Shown here piece after piece: positions 11,064 through 21,158 of a stretch of 64,000 bases of DNA. The stretch is from the NCBI GenBank assembly GCA_963692865.2, contig OY843592.1, positions 2,912,001 through 2,976,000 of the forward strand. Direction: 5' to 3'. How positions within the stretch are numbered: position 1 is the first letter of the stretch; each line of letters opens with the position of its first letter. The notes beneath the pieces are model-generated. The model ran no database searches. It was not told where the DNA came from and worked only from the letters and a program-made list of their open reading frames with translations. The DNA is from a bacterium (GTDB taxonomy: Bacteria; UBA8248). Made by a program: the position numbers and the translations under genes.

Positions 11064-12314
11064 CTACAAACCACGAAGACGTTCCGCCTCCGCCACTCTT
11101 TCAATCGCAAGGACAAAGGCCGCCGTGCGCAAAGACACCCGCTTCTCCTTTGCGGATTCATACACTTCCGCTGTGGCGCGCGTCATGATTTTGCCCAGTT
11201 CGCCGTTCACCCGAACTTCATCCCAGCCGAATTGCTGGATGTTCTGAACCCACTCGAAATACGAGACCGTCACGCCGCCTGAACTCGCCAGCACGTCCGG
11301 GATCAGCATGACGCTCCCGCTCTCGACCAGAATGTTTTCGCCTTCTTCCGTCACGGGCGCATTGGCCGCTTCCAGAATGACTCCGGCTTTCACGTTCGCC
11401 GCGTTTCCGGCGTGAATGGCGCCGCCGAGAGCCGCCGGAACCAGGATGTCCACATCGAGCGCCAGCAATTCTTCATTGGTGATCTCCTCGGCTCCGTCAA
11501 GACCCTCGAGCGTTCCCGTCTCCTTTCGATGCGCCGCAGCCGCTTCGATATCGATGCCGTCGCCGTTAAAGCAGGCGCCCCGGCTGCCCGAGACCGCCAC
11601 CACCCTCACCCCCAGCTCCTTCAGGAATCTGGCGGCGAACGAGCCGACGTTCCCGAAGCCTTGTATCGCCGCCGTCATGGCTCCGGGCTGCCAGCCTTCT
11701 CTTTTGGCGATCTCCTCATACGCCATCACGGCGCCCCGCCCCGTGGCGGCCTCGCGGCCCGGAGAACCGCCCATGGTCAAAGGCTTTCCGGTGACGCACG
11801 CCGGCGCATACCCGTGCCGGCTGCTGTATTCATCGAAAATCCACGCCATCACCTGCGCGTTCGTATTCACGTCGGGGGCGGGAACATCGCGGTATGGCCC
11901 CAGAATATGGCCGATGCGCGCGATGAATTTTCTGGTCAGCCGCTCCAGTTCATACACGCTGAGTTCTTTCACGTTGACGGTGATGCCGCCTTTTCCACCG
12001 CCGAAGGGAATGTCCACCAAAGCCGTCTTCCAGGCCATCAGGGCCGAGAGTCCGCGCACCTCATCCATGTCCACTTCGTGGTGGTAGCGGATCCCGCCCT
12101 TGAAGGGGCCCCGCGAGCCGTTGAACTGGACGCGGTAGCCCTGCCAAACGCCCAGGGAGCCGTCGTCCCTTCGGATGGGTATCTCGACTTTCATCTCGCG
12201 AAAGGGAGTCTTGAGGAGGAGCCGCATGTCATCGTCCAAACCGATGAGTTCCGCCGCCCGGTCGAACTGCGCATGCGCGGTTTCGAATACGTTGACTCGT
12301 TCGTCTTGCGGCAC
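11064..12314 (-). CDS. gdhA: Glu/Leu/Phe/Val dehydrogenase (glutamate dehydrogenase)
   Basis: GPFKGGIRY, PFGGGKGG, DVPAPDVNT, QGFGNVG, GGVTVSYFEWVQN. Confidence 0.9.
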   Translation of the reverse strand: MPQDERVNVFETAHAQFDRAAELIGLDDDMRLLLKTPFREMKVEIPIRRDDGSLGVWQGYRVQFNGSRGPFKGGIRYHHEVDMDEVRGLSALMAWKTALVDIPFGGGKGGITVNVKELSVYELERLTRKFIARIGHILGPYRDVPAPDVNTNAQVMAWIFDEYSSRHGYAPACVTGKPLTMGGSPGREAATGRGAVMAYEEIAKREGWQPGAMTAAIQGFGNVGSFAARFLKELGVRVVAVSGSRGACFNGDGIDIEAAAAHRKETGTLEGLDGAEEITNEELLALDVDILVPAALGGAIHAGNAANVKAGVILEAANAPVTEEGENILVESGSVMLIPDVLASSGGVTVSYFEWVQNIQQFGWDEVRVNGELGKIMTRATAEVYESAKEKRVSLRTAAFVLAIERVAEAERLRGL

Positions 12315-12394
12315 GATGTTCCCTCCCCTGGAGATTTCCTGAAAGGATAGAACGCGAATCAGGCGGCGGGAGAGTAAAACGCAGCCTTAAAGGC

Positions 12395-12625
12395 TCAGTG
12401 GCAAGAACACATGCCTCCGCAGCCGCCCCCGCCAGCGGAGTATCCGCTGAAGGTCGAGGCCGACGCCGCAGCGCCGGAAGCGGATTTGGCGAACAGGGAA
12501 AGCTTCTTGTGAACCTTCTTCGAGCCGCATTCAGGGCATTCCACCCGATCGGCGGCTTGCGCGGATGAAACGATGGTCTCGAAATCTTTCTCACAGCTTC
12601 CGCAAAGGAATTCATACATCGGCAT
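12395..12625 (-). CDS. FmdB-family zinc-ribbon protein
   Basis: C-terminal 76 aa of listed ORF: MPMYEFLCGSC...CPECGS...GGCGGMCSCH. Confidence 0.85.
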   Translation of the reverse strand: MPMYEFLCGSCEKDFETIVSSAQAADRVECPECGSKKVHKKLSLFAKSASGAAASASTFSGYSAGGGGCGGMCSCH

Positions 12626-12648
12626 GACTTTTCTAGCCTCCCGGAGAG

Positions 12649-13299
12649 TCAGCGCATTTCGTTGGCCCGGCGCCAGTCCGCCAGAAATTTCTCCAGCCCG
12701 ATATCCGTCAACGGGTGCTTGAGCAACTGCGCGATCACCCCGAAGGGGACCGTCGCGACGTCCGCCCCCATTTTCGCCGCCTCGAGCAGGTGGATCGGCG
12801 TCCGGACGCTGGCCACGAGCACCTCGGTGGCGAAGTCGTAGTTCTCGAAAATCCGCACGATGTCGCTCACGATCTGCATGCCGGGGTTCGAGATGTCGTC
12901 CAGCCGGCCCACGAAGGGGCTCACGAACGAGGCCCCCGCCTTGGCGGCCAGCATGGCCTGGGCGGGGCTGAAGATGAGCGTGACGTTCGTGTTGATGTTC
13001 TCCTCGCGCATGGCCTTGACGGCGCGCAGACCCTCGACGCCCACCGGAACCTTCACCACGACGTTCTCGTGGATCGCGGCCAGGTCGCGGCCTTCCTCCA
13101 CCATCTCCTTCCACTCCGTGGCGATGACCTCGGCACTCACCGGCCCGTCGACCACCTCGCATATCTCCTTGATCCTCGTGTGGTGGTCGGCGCCCTCTTT
13201 CGCGATGAGCGAGGGATTCGTCGTCACGCCGTCCAGAATGCCCGTGGACGCCGCTTCGGTGATTTCCTCGATATTGGCCGTGTCGATGAATATCTTCAA
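12649..13299 (-). CDS. fsa: Transaldolase / fructose-6-phosphate aldolase (small type)
   Basis: (M)[43 protein letters not shown]; TTG start after GGAGA RBS. Confidence 0.92.
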   Translation of the reverse strand: MKIFIDTANIEEITEAASTGILDGVTTNPSLIAKEGADHHTRIKEICEVVDGPVSAEVIATEWKEMVEEGRDLAAIHENVVVKVPVGVEGLRAVKAMREENINTNVTLIFSPAQAMLAAKAGASFVSPFVGRLDDISNPGMQIVSDIVRIFENYDFATEVLVASVRTPIHLLEAAKMGADVATVPFGVIAQLLKHPLTDIGLEKFLADWRRANEMR

Positions 13300-13357
13300 T
13301 GAATATCTCCCGCCGGACGTTTGGTTGCCCCAGCGGAGCCGCGCCCCGCTTACGGGC

Positions 13358-13385
13358 AGATTACGCCTCTGCGCCCAAATGTCAA
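13358..13385 (-). promoter_or_regulatory. Candidate sigma70 promoter for fsa
   Basis: Minus strand TTGACA-16 nt-TAATCT, about 60 nt upstream of the start codon. Confidence 0.5.
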
Positions 13386-13527
13386 CACGGCGGGGGGTGC
13401 GGAACTTGCGGGACAGCGCGGGGAAATGCGCCGAGATGCGCGCAACGCGCCGGATTTGCGGGCAAATGCGGTGCGCGAAAAATTTTTCCGGGCCTTTATT
13501 TGAGCGCCCGGCGCTCATATTTTTGAA

Positions 13528-13639
13528 AAAACCATTATATTTCAACGCCTTAGAGTGAACCTTCCGGCGATTATTTTTCAGGAATTTATACAAAAACCCC
13601 CTGAATTTATCTGAATTTATCCTATTTTTCAGGAATTCC
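13528..13639 (+). repeat. IHF-like site (13540-13552) plus phased GAATTTAT array (13582-13639); copy B of the inverted pair
   Basis: GAATTTAT-N13-GAATTTAT-CT-GAATTTAT-CC-TATTTTTCAGGAATTCC; homologous to the reverse complement of 987-1044. Confidence 0.6.
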
Positions 13640-14286
13640 GCATCCGCTCCCGCGCGCTCGTTCCTGCCGCCCGCCGTCGCCCGCGCGTAGCCGCAGGCGC
13701 CCGGGAGGCGCGCGAAGCGCTCCCTCCCCGGATGCGCCGGGGTGGGTTTACCGCCAAAAATCTTCTGCGTCATCTTCTCATCCTCATGCGGGAGCCGCGC
13801 GGGTTTCGCCCGCTCCGACGCCTCGCCCCGGCAAGGGGCGATTGCGCCGCCACCATAGCAGACGCCCGCGGCGCGCAAGAACCGCAAATGCGGGGAAATG
13901 CGCTTTCGTCGTGAAGTGAAAATATCCGGGAATAAAGGGAGAAAAAACCGCCGAAAGCCGAAGATACGGCGGCGAATGGCGATAGGTTCCCGAAATGAAA
14001 ACCCGGTCGATGAACCGGCGGCGTCATGCGGGGGCGTCGAACTTCCCCGAGGAGGGGTTGCTGGAAAACCCCGTCTTCGACTCCCCCAAACCGCCGCCGC
14101 CTCTTCCCTCACCCGTCGATACGCGGCTTCGTCGCTACTCAGGACGAGGCGGAGAGGGAGAATTGAAAAAGTCCATAGAAGGAGCGCACCGAATTTCACT
14201 CCCCCCTTGAGGGGGAGTGATTCCAGCCCCTCATAGAGCGTGATTTTGCTCGTCATTCCGGCGCACGCCGGAATCCAGAACAGATG

Positions 14287-14430
14287 AGATTGATACCGCC
14301 TGCCGCCCCGCCTTGAGGTCACAAATTGTGACCTCAAGGCGCCTGATTCGGGTTTCGTAAGCTGAAACGTGAAATCCGCCGGGAAACGATCCATGTTCCT
14401 CTTGACGCTCTGCAGGAAGGCTTTGTCGGA
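14287..14430 (-). pseudogene. ORF6N-domain gene fragment
   Basis: Translates [44 protein letters not shown], matching the ORF6N signature (VKRNxxRFPxDFMFQLT...LRSQFVTS...GGRRY); truncated on both sides by repeats. Confidence 0.7.
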
Positions 14431-14450
14431 ATCACAACCCCTCCCACAAT

Positions 14451-14641
14451 GGGGTTGTTGAAAAAGTCCTGATGAACGAGTGTTTTACGCGACGGGGAAG
14501 GAATGGTTTTTGTAGGTCAGACATATATGTCTGACATATCATGCGGCCCGCTTTGTGGAGCGAAAATCAGGGTCGCATGATATGCGACCCCTACGGGTAA
14601 AACGTAGTTGATCTGAGAGGGACAGGTTTTTCAACAACCCC
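14451..14641. mobile_element. MITE (191 bp) with perfect 15-bp TIRs carrying a REP doublet
   Basis: GGGGTTGTTGAAAAA...TTTTTCAACAACCCC; internal GTAGG...CCTAC inverted REP pair at 14512-14594; sister copy at 40972-41175. Confidence 0.75.
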
Positions 14642-15000
14642 GACAAAGGGGGGGTTGCATTTGCCCTGTCAGGCGGCTTTTTCAACAGCCCCCTCAAGGG
14701 GAGGAGTGATTTCAACCCTATAGGGCCTGGTTTTGTTCGTCATTCCGGCGCATGCCGGAATCCAGAACCAGGGAGAGTGATTATCTTTGGGATTCTCATT
14801 CCCTTTGCTATTGAATAAGCGAATATCTAGCTTGCGAAGTTGTGTTAGAATCGCCGTGAACTGCTGAGTTGGTAAACGAATCGGTGTCGCCTGCGAGAGT
14901 TAAACCGTAGATGCTGGCGCATCCCAGCAGGCCATTTATCATGCCCCTCGCTTTCAGCAACATGGCTCACTTCACTATCTGATTTCTGATTAAACAAAAA

Positions 15001-15504
15001 CTAATGTGTCCTGAATTTATTATAAGGCGTTCTCAATACCACGGCGCAATATATTTCTAACAATGCCTGCCTGATTGGGTCTGGCTCTTCGACGTATCGG
15101 AAGTCCATTTTCTTGATGCGCACTTTCGCACCCTCAAACGCTTTTTTGAAAGCCAAATCTTCCATCAAAACCTTTCGACTATTAGAACCTGAATCATAGC
15201 TAGCTTCGGTTTGTCCTGTTGCTTCTCGCGCAAGAAGAAATGCAAAGGGCGCTGAGTTGTGGGGTGAACTCGGCCTATGGTGCTGCCCATAGCGGTTGCG
15301 GATGTTTATTGATCGCCCAACATAAAGGTGCTTTTTCCCTTCACTGAATAGATAAACGCCTGGTTTCGACATTCCATTCGGCAAGTTGCCATGATGAACG
15401 GGGGGCATCTTTTTGAGCTTCTGGAAGAGCGAATCAAGTTTGTCAACCATCGCTCTGAATCTGCGTTGCACGGCGCTTGAATCTCCTTGGTTTGGCGTTC
15501 GCAT
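15001..15504 (-). CDS. GIY-YIG nuclease family protein
   Basis: PGVYLF...LYVGRS..IRNRYGQH...LLEIY...PYNKF; lower GC than flanks; start 15450 or 15504. Confidence 0.75.
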   Translation of the reverse strand: MRTPNQGDSSAVQRRFRAMVDKLDSLFQKLKKMPPVHHGNLPNGMSKPGVYLFSEGKKHLYVGRSINIRNRYGQHHRPSSPHNSAPFAFLLAREATGQTEASYDSGSNSRKVLMEDLAFKKAFEGAKVRIKKMDFRYVEEPDPIRQALLEIYCAVVLRTPYNKFRTH

Positions 15505-15595
15505 TCCTTCACATCAACTGTCCCACTCCCGCTAATTTTGCTCAAGGCAGATACGAAGGAATAACCACCGAAAATGTCTTTACAAACGGGCTCCC

Positions 15596-16225
15596 CTACC
15601 CCGCCAACCCGTCGATGATGTTACGCCACTCATCCGGCGTGACCTCCACGATTCGCATCTCGCCCACCGAGACGCTGCATATCACGACGTCCACTTCGAG
15701 TTCCCGGAGCGTTGCGAGGCTTCTCGCCAGTTCCGCCTCGTCTCCCCCGTCGTCGGCGACGACGATGGTCTTCCACTCGCCATCATCGAGATAGATCACG
15801 TCCCCGGTGAAGAGATACGTCTTGCCGTGAGGGGAGTGGTAGCGGTAGCAGACGCTGTTGTCCGTGTGGCCCGGCGTGTGGATCACCTCCAAGTCGCCTG
15901 CGAGATATTCGCGTGGGGGGGAGTCGAAAAGCACATCGGCGGAAACCGTCTTGGGGAGATATGGTTCCACGAGCGTATGGCAGCAGAGCTTGAAGCCGAA
16001 ACGCCCGGCCACGTCTGCGAGTGAATCGTCCACCTCGTGGCAATGGCTCAGGCAGTGATAGGCGATTCCACCCCGATCACCGATCGCATCGAAATCCTCT
16101 TTGCTCTTCGGGTTGTAGAAGAGGACGTTTCCCCCCGGACGCTCCAGCAGATAAGCGTGCACCGTCAGGACGCCAAACTGCTTCTGCTCGGCCGTCTGCC
16201 ACAGGTCGGGATAGAGTCGCTTCAA
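15596..16225 (-). CDS. Metallo-beta-lactamase-fold hydrolase
   Basis: LSHCHE, HTPGHT, LFTGD; TTG start after GGAGG. Confidence 0.8.
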   Translation of the reverse strand: MKRLYPDLWQTAEQKQFGVLTVHAYLLERPGGNVLFYNPKSKEDFDAIGDRGGIAYHCLSHCHEVDDSLADVAGRFGFKLCCHTLVEPYLPKTVSADVLFDSPPREYLAGDLEVIHTPGHTDNSVCYRYHSPHGKTYLFTGDVIYLDDGEWKTIVVADDGGDEAELARSLATLRELEVDVVICSVSVGEMRIVEVTPDEWRNIIDGLAG

Positions 16226-16303
16226 GCTCTTCGTCCTCCGATTGAGAAAACAAGTGTGTCGAAAACCCTGCGATGGAGAACGAAAGAACACCGTAGGAGT
16301 TGC

Positions 16304-17038
16304 CTACCCCCCCAACCTCCGATACGCCTCCGTGCCGCGCAAGTTGGAATCGGGCTTGACGCCCTCCAGGGGGGTGTGGCCTTCGGAATCTTTCGCGGCG
16401 GGGTCGGCGCCGGCGTCGAGGAGGGCTTCGACGACTTCGAGGACGACTTCGTCTTTCGCCGCCGCGTAGTGAAGAGGGGTCCGCACGCGGTTGTCGCGCA
16501 CGTCGGGGTTGGCGCCCGCCGCGAGCAGGGCCTTCACGACGGCGGGGGCCGTGCTGCGCATCCCCGCCCAGTGGAGCGGCGCCAGGCCTCTTCTGTCCGG
16601 CGTGTTCACGCGGGCGCCGCCGCGCGCCAGTATCCCCACGTTGGCGCCGATTTTTCCAAAGGCCGCCGACGCGTGAAGGGGCGTCCACCCGTATATGCCC
16701 TCCGCGTTCGGGTCGGCGCCCGCCGCCAGGAGCGCTTCGAGCACGGCGGGGTCCGCGCGGAACGCCGCCGCCGTGTGAAGCGGCGTCGCTCCCCTCCTGT
16801 CGCGCGCTTCCACGTCGGCGCCGGCCCGGAGCAGGACCCGCAAAACGTCCGGGTCCTGGACGTAGCGCACCGCCCGGTGGAGCGGCGTCGCCCCGTTCTT
16901 GTCGCGCCCGTCCACATCGGCCCCGGCCTCGATCAGGCTCCTCACGGCTTCCAGGGCGTCGCTGCCCATCACCGCGTGGTGCAGGGCGGTGGCGCCGTCT
17001 TCATCGCGCGCGTTCGGGCCGTTCGCTTCCGCAGACAT
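16304..17038 (-). CDS. Ankyrin-repeat protein (~7 repeats)
   Basis: Repeated G-x-TPLH-x-A...LL-x-AGAD/N units through the whole protein. Confidence 0.92.
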   Translation of the reverse strand: MSAEANGPNARDEDGATALHHAVMGSDALEAVRSLIEAGADVDGRDKNGATPLHRAVRYVQDPDVLRVLLRAGADVEARDRRGATPLHTAAAFRADPAVLEALLAAGADPNAEGIYGWTPLHASAAFGKIGANVGILARGGARVNTPDRRGLAPLHWAGMRSTAPAVVKALLAAGANPDVRDNRVRTPLHYAAAKDEVVLEVVEALLDAGADPAAKDSEGHTPLEGVKPDSNLRGTEAYRRLGG

Positions 17039-17182
17039 CAAGATTCTCCCGCTTCGGCGCGCGCCCGTATGCCAGCCTCCGGCGCTCAAATCTTCACGAG
17101 GCGCCCGCCTGGGTACTTTTTTTATCGAACTACATTCAATCAATTATATCAACCATATACGACAAACCGAATCAAATGCGCC

Positions 17183-17455
17183 CTAATTCTCCTCGGCGGG
17201 CGGGCCGCCTCTTTCGGCGAACTTCTCCGCGCACGAGACGCTGCAGAACGAACGCCTGCCGCCGCCCGCGCGCTTCGTGATCGCGATGCGCGAGGGGAAG
17301 AACGTCTCGCACTCGGGGCAACTCAGCATCTCGTCGTCCAGGCTGTCTTGCGATCCGCTATTCTTCCGGGCCGCGCTCCCGATACCACTGATCAGGCTGC
17401 GCACAAGATAGAATATCAGCCACGATAAAATCAGATAAAAAAGGAATCGGAACAT
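17183..17455 (-). CDS. Small membrane-anchored Zn-finger protein (PP0621/YHS-TRASH-like)
   Basis: N-terminal TM helix, CPEC...FCSVSC. Confidence 0.7.
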   Translation of the reverse strand: MFRFLFYLILSWLIFYLVRSLISGIGSAARKNSGSQDSLDDEMLSCPECETFFPSRIAITKRAGGGRRSFCSVSCAEKFAERGGPPAEEN

Positions 17456-17531
17456 GCGTTCGGGCCTCAGGAAGTGCGGCGAGCGTCTCGAAAAACGCCA
17501 CTCTACACCCAGAACCGCCGGATGGGAATCC

Positions 17532-20500
17532 TCAGGCGCGCGCGAGGGCGGGCGCGTTCGCGTGGTAATCCTGCAGGGAGCGCACCGAATACTCGTTCTC
17601 GCGCAGGATGCGTATCGCGCGTATGGCCGCCTGGCCCGCGGCGAGCGTGGTGCAGTAGAAGATGTTCCTCAAGAGCGCCGTTCTGCGGATGGAGTAGCTG
17701 TCCCGTATCGACTGCTTGCCCGAGGTGGTGTTGAGCACGAACTGCACCTCCCCCGCCTCCATCTGCTCCACGACGTGTCCCGCCTCGCCGTCTATCACCT
17801 TGTGGACGAAGTCCGCCTCGACCCCGTTCGCCATGAGCGCCGCCCTCGTCCCCGCCGTGGCCACGAGCGAGAAGCCCAGTTCGACGAGCAGTTGCGCCAA
17901 GGGGATGATGGCCGCCTTGTCTTCGTCCCGCACGGAGACGAACGCCCGGCCCGAAAGCGGGAGGACGGAGCCGGCCCCCTCCTGGGCCTTCAAGTAGGCC
18001 GTCGGGAAATCCGCCCCCAGCCCCATCACCTCGCCGGTGGACTTCATCTCGGGCCCCAGGATCACGTCCACGCCGGGGAACTTCTTGAAGGGGAACACCG
18101 CCTCCTTGACGCCGAAATGGCGCGGCTCGGGGTCGCGCTCCATCCCGAGCGCGCGCAGCGTCTCCCCCGCCATCACGCGGGCGGCTATCTTGGCGAAGGG
18201 CGCGCCCACCACCTTGCTCACGTAGGGCACGGTGCGGCTCGCGCGCGGGTTCACCTCCAGGATGAAGACCTGGCGCTTGTGGACGGCGAACTGCACGTTG
18301 TTGAGTCCGACGACGTTCAGGGATTTCGCCAGAATCCGCGTCTGGCGCTTGATCTCCTCCACGATGTCGGGGCCGAGCGTGTAGGGGGGGATGGAGCAGG
18401 CCGAATCGCCGCTGTGGATCCCCGCCTCCTCGATGTGCTCCATCACGCCCGCGATGATGACGTCCTCCCCGTCCGAGACCGCGTCCACGTCCACCTCCAC
18501 GGCGTCTTCGAGGAACCTGTCGATGAGCACGGGCCGCTCAGCGGAGGCGCGCACGGCGTCCCGCATGTAGGCGGAGAGCTCCTCCGCGTCGTGGACGAGC
18601 GCCATGGCGCGGCCGCCGAGCACGTAGCTGGGCCGCATGAGCACGGGATAGCCGATGGCGTTCGCGATCGCGAGCGCGTCCCCGGTGTTCGTGGCCGTCC
18701 CCGAGGGCGGCTGGGTGAGGTGGAGTTCCTTGAGCAGGTGGCTGAATCGGTCGCGGTCCTCGGTCAGGTCGATGCTCTCCGGCGAGGTTCCCAGAATCGG
18801 CGCGCCTGCGTCTTTCAGCGCGAGGGCGAGCTTGAGCGGCGTCTGGCCGCCGAACTGCACGATGACGCCGCGCGGCTTTTCGCGGTGGACGATCTCGAGC
18901 ACGTCCTCGAGCGTCAGGGGCTCGAAGTAGAGCCTGTCGCTCGTGTCGTAATCCGTGCTCACCGTCTCGGGGTTGCAGTTCACCATGATGGCCTCGAAGC
19001 CCGCCTCGGCCAGCGCCATCACGGCGTGGACGCAGCAGTAGTCGAACTCGATGCCCTGCCCGATGCGGTTGGGGCCGCCGCCCAGGATGATGATCTTCTC
19101 GCGCGCGGTCGGCGGCGCCTCGTCTTCCTGCTCGTATGTGGAATAGAGATACGGCGTATGGGCCTCGAACTCCGCCGCGCAGGTGTCCACCTGCTTGTAG
19201 ACGGGACGCACATTCATGCGGCGCCGCGCCGCGCGAACGGTTGCCTCATCAGCGCCCTGCCTCCGGGCGATCTCCAGGTCGCTGAAGCCGTTTTGCTTCA
19301 GGAACCTGAGCGCGGCCTCATCCTCCAGAAGACCGGGCGCGCCGGCGTCTTCCTCCATATCGACGAGTTCGGCCAGATGCGCGAGGAACCAGGGGTCGAC
19401 GCCCGAGGCGCGGTATATCTCATCCTCGGACATCCCCTCCCTGAACGCGCGGGCGACCGTCCAGAGGCGGTCCGGGCCGGGTATTCTCAATCCTTTCAGG
19501 ATCAGCTCCTTCCGCTCATTTTCGGATAATCCTTCGAGCTCCTCGGGCCTGGGGTCCGCCAGGCCGTAGCGGTCGATTTCGAGCGAGCGGACGGCCTTCA
19601 TCAAGGATTCGCGGAAGGTTCTCCCGATGGACATCACCTCCCCCACCGAGCGCATCTGGGTGTCGAGGACGGGGGGCGTCTCGGGGAATTTCTCGAAGGT
19701 GAAGCGCGGTATCTTGGTGACGCAGTAGTCGATGGACGGCTCGAACGAGGCGGGCGTCTGCCGCGTGATGTCGTTGGGTATCTCGTCCAGCGTGAGGCCG
19801 ACGGCGAGCTTGGCCGCTATCTTGGCGATGGGAAAGCCGGTGGCCTTGCTCGCGAGGGCCGAGCTTCTCGACACGCGCGGGTTCATCTCGATCACGACCA
19901 TCCGGCCGTCGGTGGGACTAAGGCCGAACTGGATGTTCGAGCCGCCGCACTCGACCCCGACCTTGCGGATGCAGGCGATGGCCGCGTCGCGCATGGTCTG
20001 GTACTCGCGGTCCGAGAGCGTCTGCGCGGGGGCGACGGTGATGGAGTCGCCCGTGTGGACGCCCATGGGGTCGAAGTTCTCGATGGAGCAGATGATGGAG
20101 ACATTGTCCTTCAAGTCGCGCATCACTTCGAGTTCGAATTCCTTCCAGCCCAGGACGCTTTCTTCCAAAAGCACCTGATCCACCGGACTTTCCGAGAGCG
20201 CCCAGGCGAGTTTCTCCTCGAACTCGTCTTCGGTGAACGCCACGGCCCCGCCCGAGCCGCCCAGCGTGAAGGCGGGGCGCAGGATAATCGGGAAGCCGAT
20301 GCCGCGCGCCGCCGCCCAGCCTTGGGCCATCGTGGTGACGACCTCGCTCCGGGGGAGATCCAGACCAATCTCGCGCATCGCCCGCTTGAAGAGATCGCGA
20401 TCTTCCGCGCAGCGGATGGCGGGCAGCTTGGCGCCGATGAGCTCCACGTCCAGCGCGTCGAGCGCGCCGCTCTCCGCGAGAGCCACCGCCGTGTTCAGCC

Positions 20501-20783
20501 CCGTCTGGCCGCCCATGGTGGGCAGCAGGGCGTCCGGGCGCTCCTTCTTGATGATCTCCTCCACCACCTTCGGCGTGATGGGTTCGACGTAGGTGGCGTC
20601 GGCCATCTCGGGGTCGGTCATGATGGTGGCGGGGTTCGAGTTCACCAGCACCACCTCGTAGCCCTCCTCGCGCAGGGCCTTACACGCCTGCGCGCCCGAA
20701 TAGTCGAACTCGCACGCCTGCCCGATGACGATGGGGCCGGAGCCGATGATCAGTATCTTGGATATGTCCGTTCGTTTCGGCAT
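17532..20783 (-). CDS. carB: Carbamoyl-phosphate synthase large subunit
   Basis: [17 protein letters not shown], two ATP-grasp halves, MGS domain. Confidence 0.98.
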   Translation of the reverse strand: MPKRTDISKILIIGSGPIVIGQACEFDYSGAQACKALREEGYEVVLVNSNPATIMTDPEMADATYVEPITPKVVEEIIKKERPDALLPTMGGQTGLNTAVALAESGALDALDVELIGAKLPAIRCAEDRDLFKRAMREIGLDLPRSEVVTTMAQGWAAARGIGFPIILRPAFTLGGSGGAVAFTEDEFEEKLAWALSESPVDQVLLEESVLGWKEFELEVMRDLKDNVSIICSIENFDPMGVHTGDSITVAPAQTLSDREYQTMRDAAIACIRKVGVECGGSNIQFGLSPTDGRMVVIEMNPRVSRSSALASKATGFPIAKIAAKLAVGLTLDEIPNDITRQTPASFEPSIDYCVTKIPRFTFEKFPETPPVLDTQMRSVGEVMSIGRTFRESLMKAVRSLEIDRYGLADPRPEELEGLSENERKELILKGLRIPGPDRLWTVARAFREGMSEDEIYRASGVDPWFLAHLAELVDMEEDAGAPGLLEDEAALRFLKQNGFSDLEIARRQGADEATVRAARRRMNVRPVYKQVDTCAAEFEAHTPYLYSTYEQEDEAPPTAREKIIILGGGPNRIGQGIEFDYCCVHAVMALAEAGFEAIMVNCNPETVSTDYDTSDRLYFEPLTLEDVLEIVHREKPRGVIVQFGGQTPLKLALALKDAGAPILGTSPESIDLTEDRDRFSHLLKELHLTQPPSGTATNTGDALAIANAIGYPVLMRPSYVLGGRAMALVHDAEELSAYMRDAVRASAERPVLIDRFLEDAVEVDVDAVSDGEDVIIAGVMEHIEEAGIHSGDSACSIPPYTLGPDIVEEIKRQTRILAKSLNVVGLNNVQFAVHKRQVFILEVNPRASRTVPYVSKVVGAPFAKIAARVMAGETLRALGMERDPEPRHFGVKEAVFPFKKFPGVDVILGPEMKSTGEVMGLGADFPTAYLKAQEGAGSVLPLSGRAFVSVRDEDKAAIIPLAQLLVELGFSLVATAGTRAALMANGVEADFVHKVIDGEAGHVVEQMEAGEVQFVLNTTSGKQSIRDSYSIRRTALLRNIFYCTTLAAGQAAIRAIRILRENEYSVRSLQDYHANAPALARA

Positions 20784-20904
20784 GAATCAGGCCACTCGCT
20801 CTAAGTAAGAAGGTAAATATAGGGAATTACATACTTGCGTTGACGATTTCTTCTCGCCGGTCAATTCATCATTCCCTCTCCAAAACCATCCCTCACGCCC
20901 GGGT

Positions 20905-21105
20905 TTCCTTACTCCCCCCTTGTAGGGGTCGGGTATCCCGAGGGGAATGCCCGATGAAAAACCCTTGATTCAGCGGTTTGGTTCGACGGTTGTGAAGGTG
21001 TAGGTCGGACATATATGTCCGACATATATGCGACCCGGCCTTTTTTCGCCGCCCGTCATGGGCCGCATATATGTGTGGGACAACCCCGAGGAGGGGTTGT
21101 CACCT
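20905..21105. repeat. REP-type repeat cluster between carA and carB
   Basis: GTAGGTCGGACATATATGTCCGAC at 21000 (same family as 14512 and 41048), GACAACCCCGAGGAGGGGTTGTC hairpin. Confidence 0.65.
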
Positions 21106-21158
21106 ATAAAAACAACTCCATTCGCCCCATAAGAATCAACTCCGCGCATTTCCTTATC

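Larger units (their letters stand above)
14040..14770. repeat. Nest of palindromic/MITE-type repeats
   Basis: ~80-bp direct repeat (14201-14282 and 14689-14769) containing GTCATTCCGGCGCANGCCGGAATCCAG; TCGATACGCGG...GCTACTCAGG unit at ~14115-14150; several GGGGTTGYTG(G/A)AAAA-type ends. Confidence 0.75.

Noticed and set aside
862-13822. 14-bp exact match CCCGCTCCGACGCC at 862-875 and 13809-13822 as att sites
   Set aside because: Short, GC-rich, no integrase or tRNA nearby; plausibly chance.
12649-14394. 581-aa ORF suggesting an ORF6N-transaldolase fusion
   Set aside because: An open frame running through repeats and intergenic DNA; transaldolase has its own RBS, TTG start at 13299 and promoter.
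17454-19529. Long antisense ORFs (691 aa here; also 5-997, 21015-22640, 22662-24590, 27921-30419, 58785-60248, 60240-61604, 62941-63879)
   Set aside because: Shadow frames opposite well-supported genes in GC-rich DNA; no recognisable motifs.
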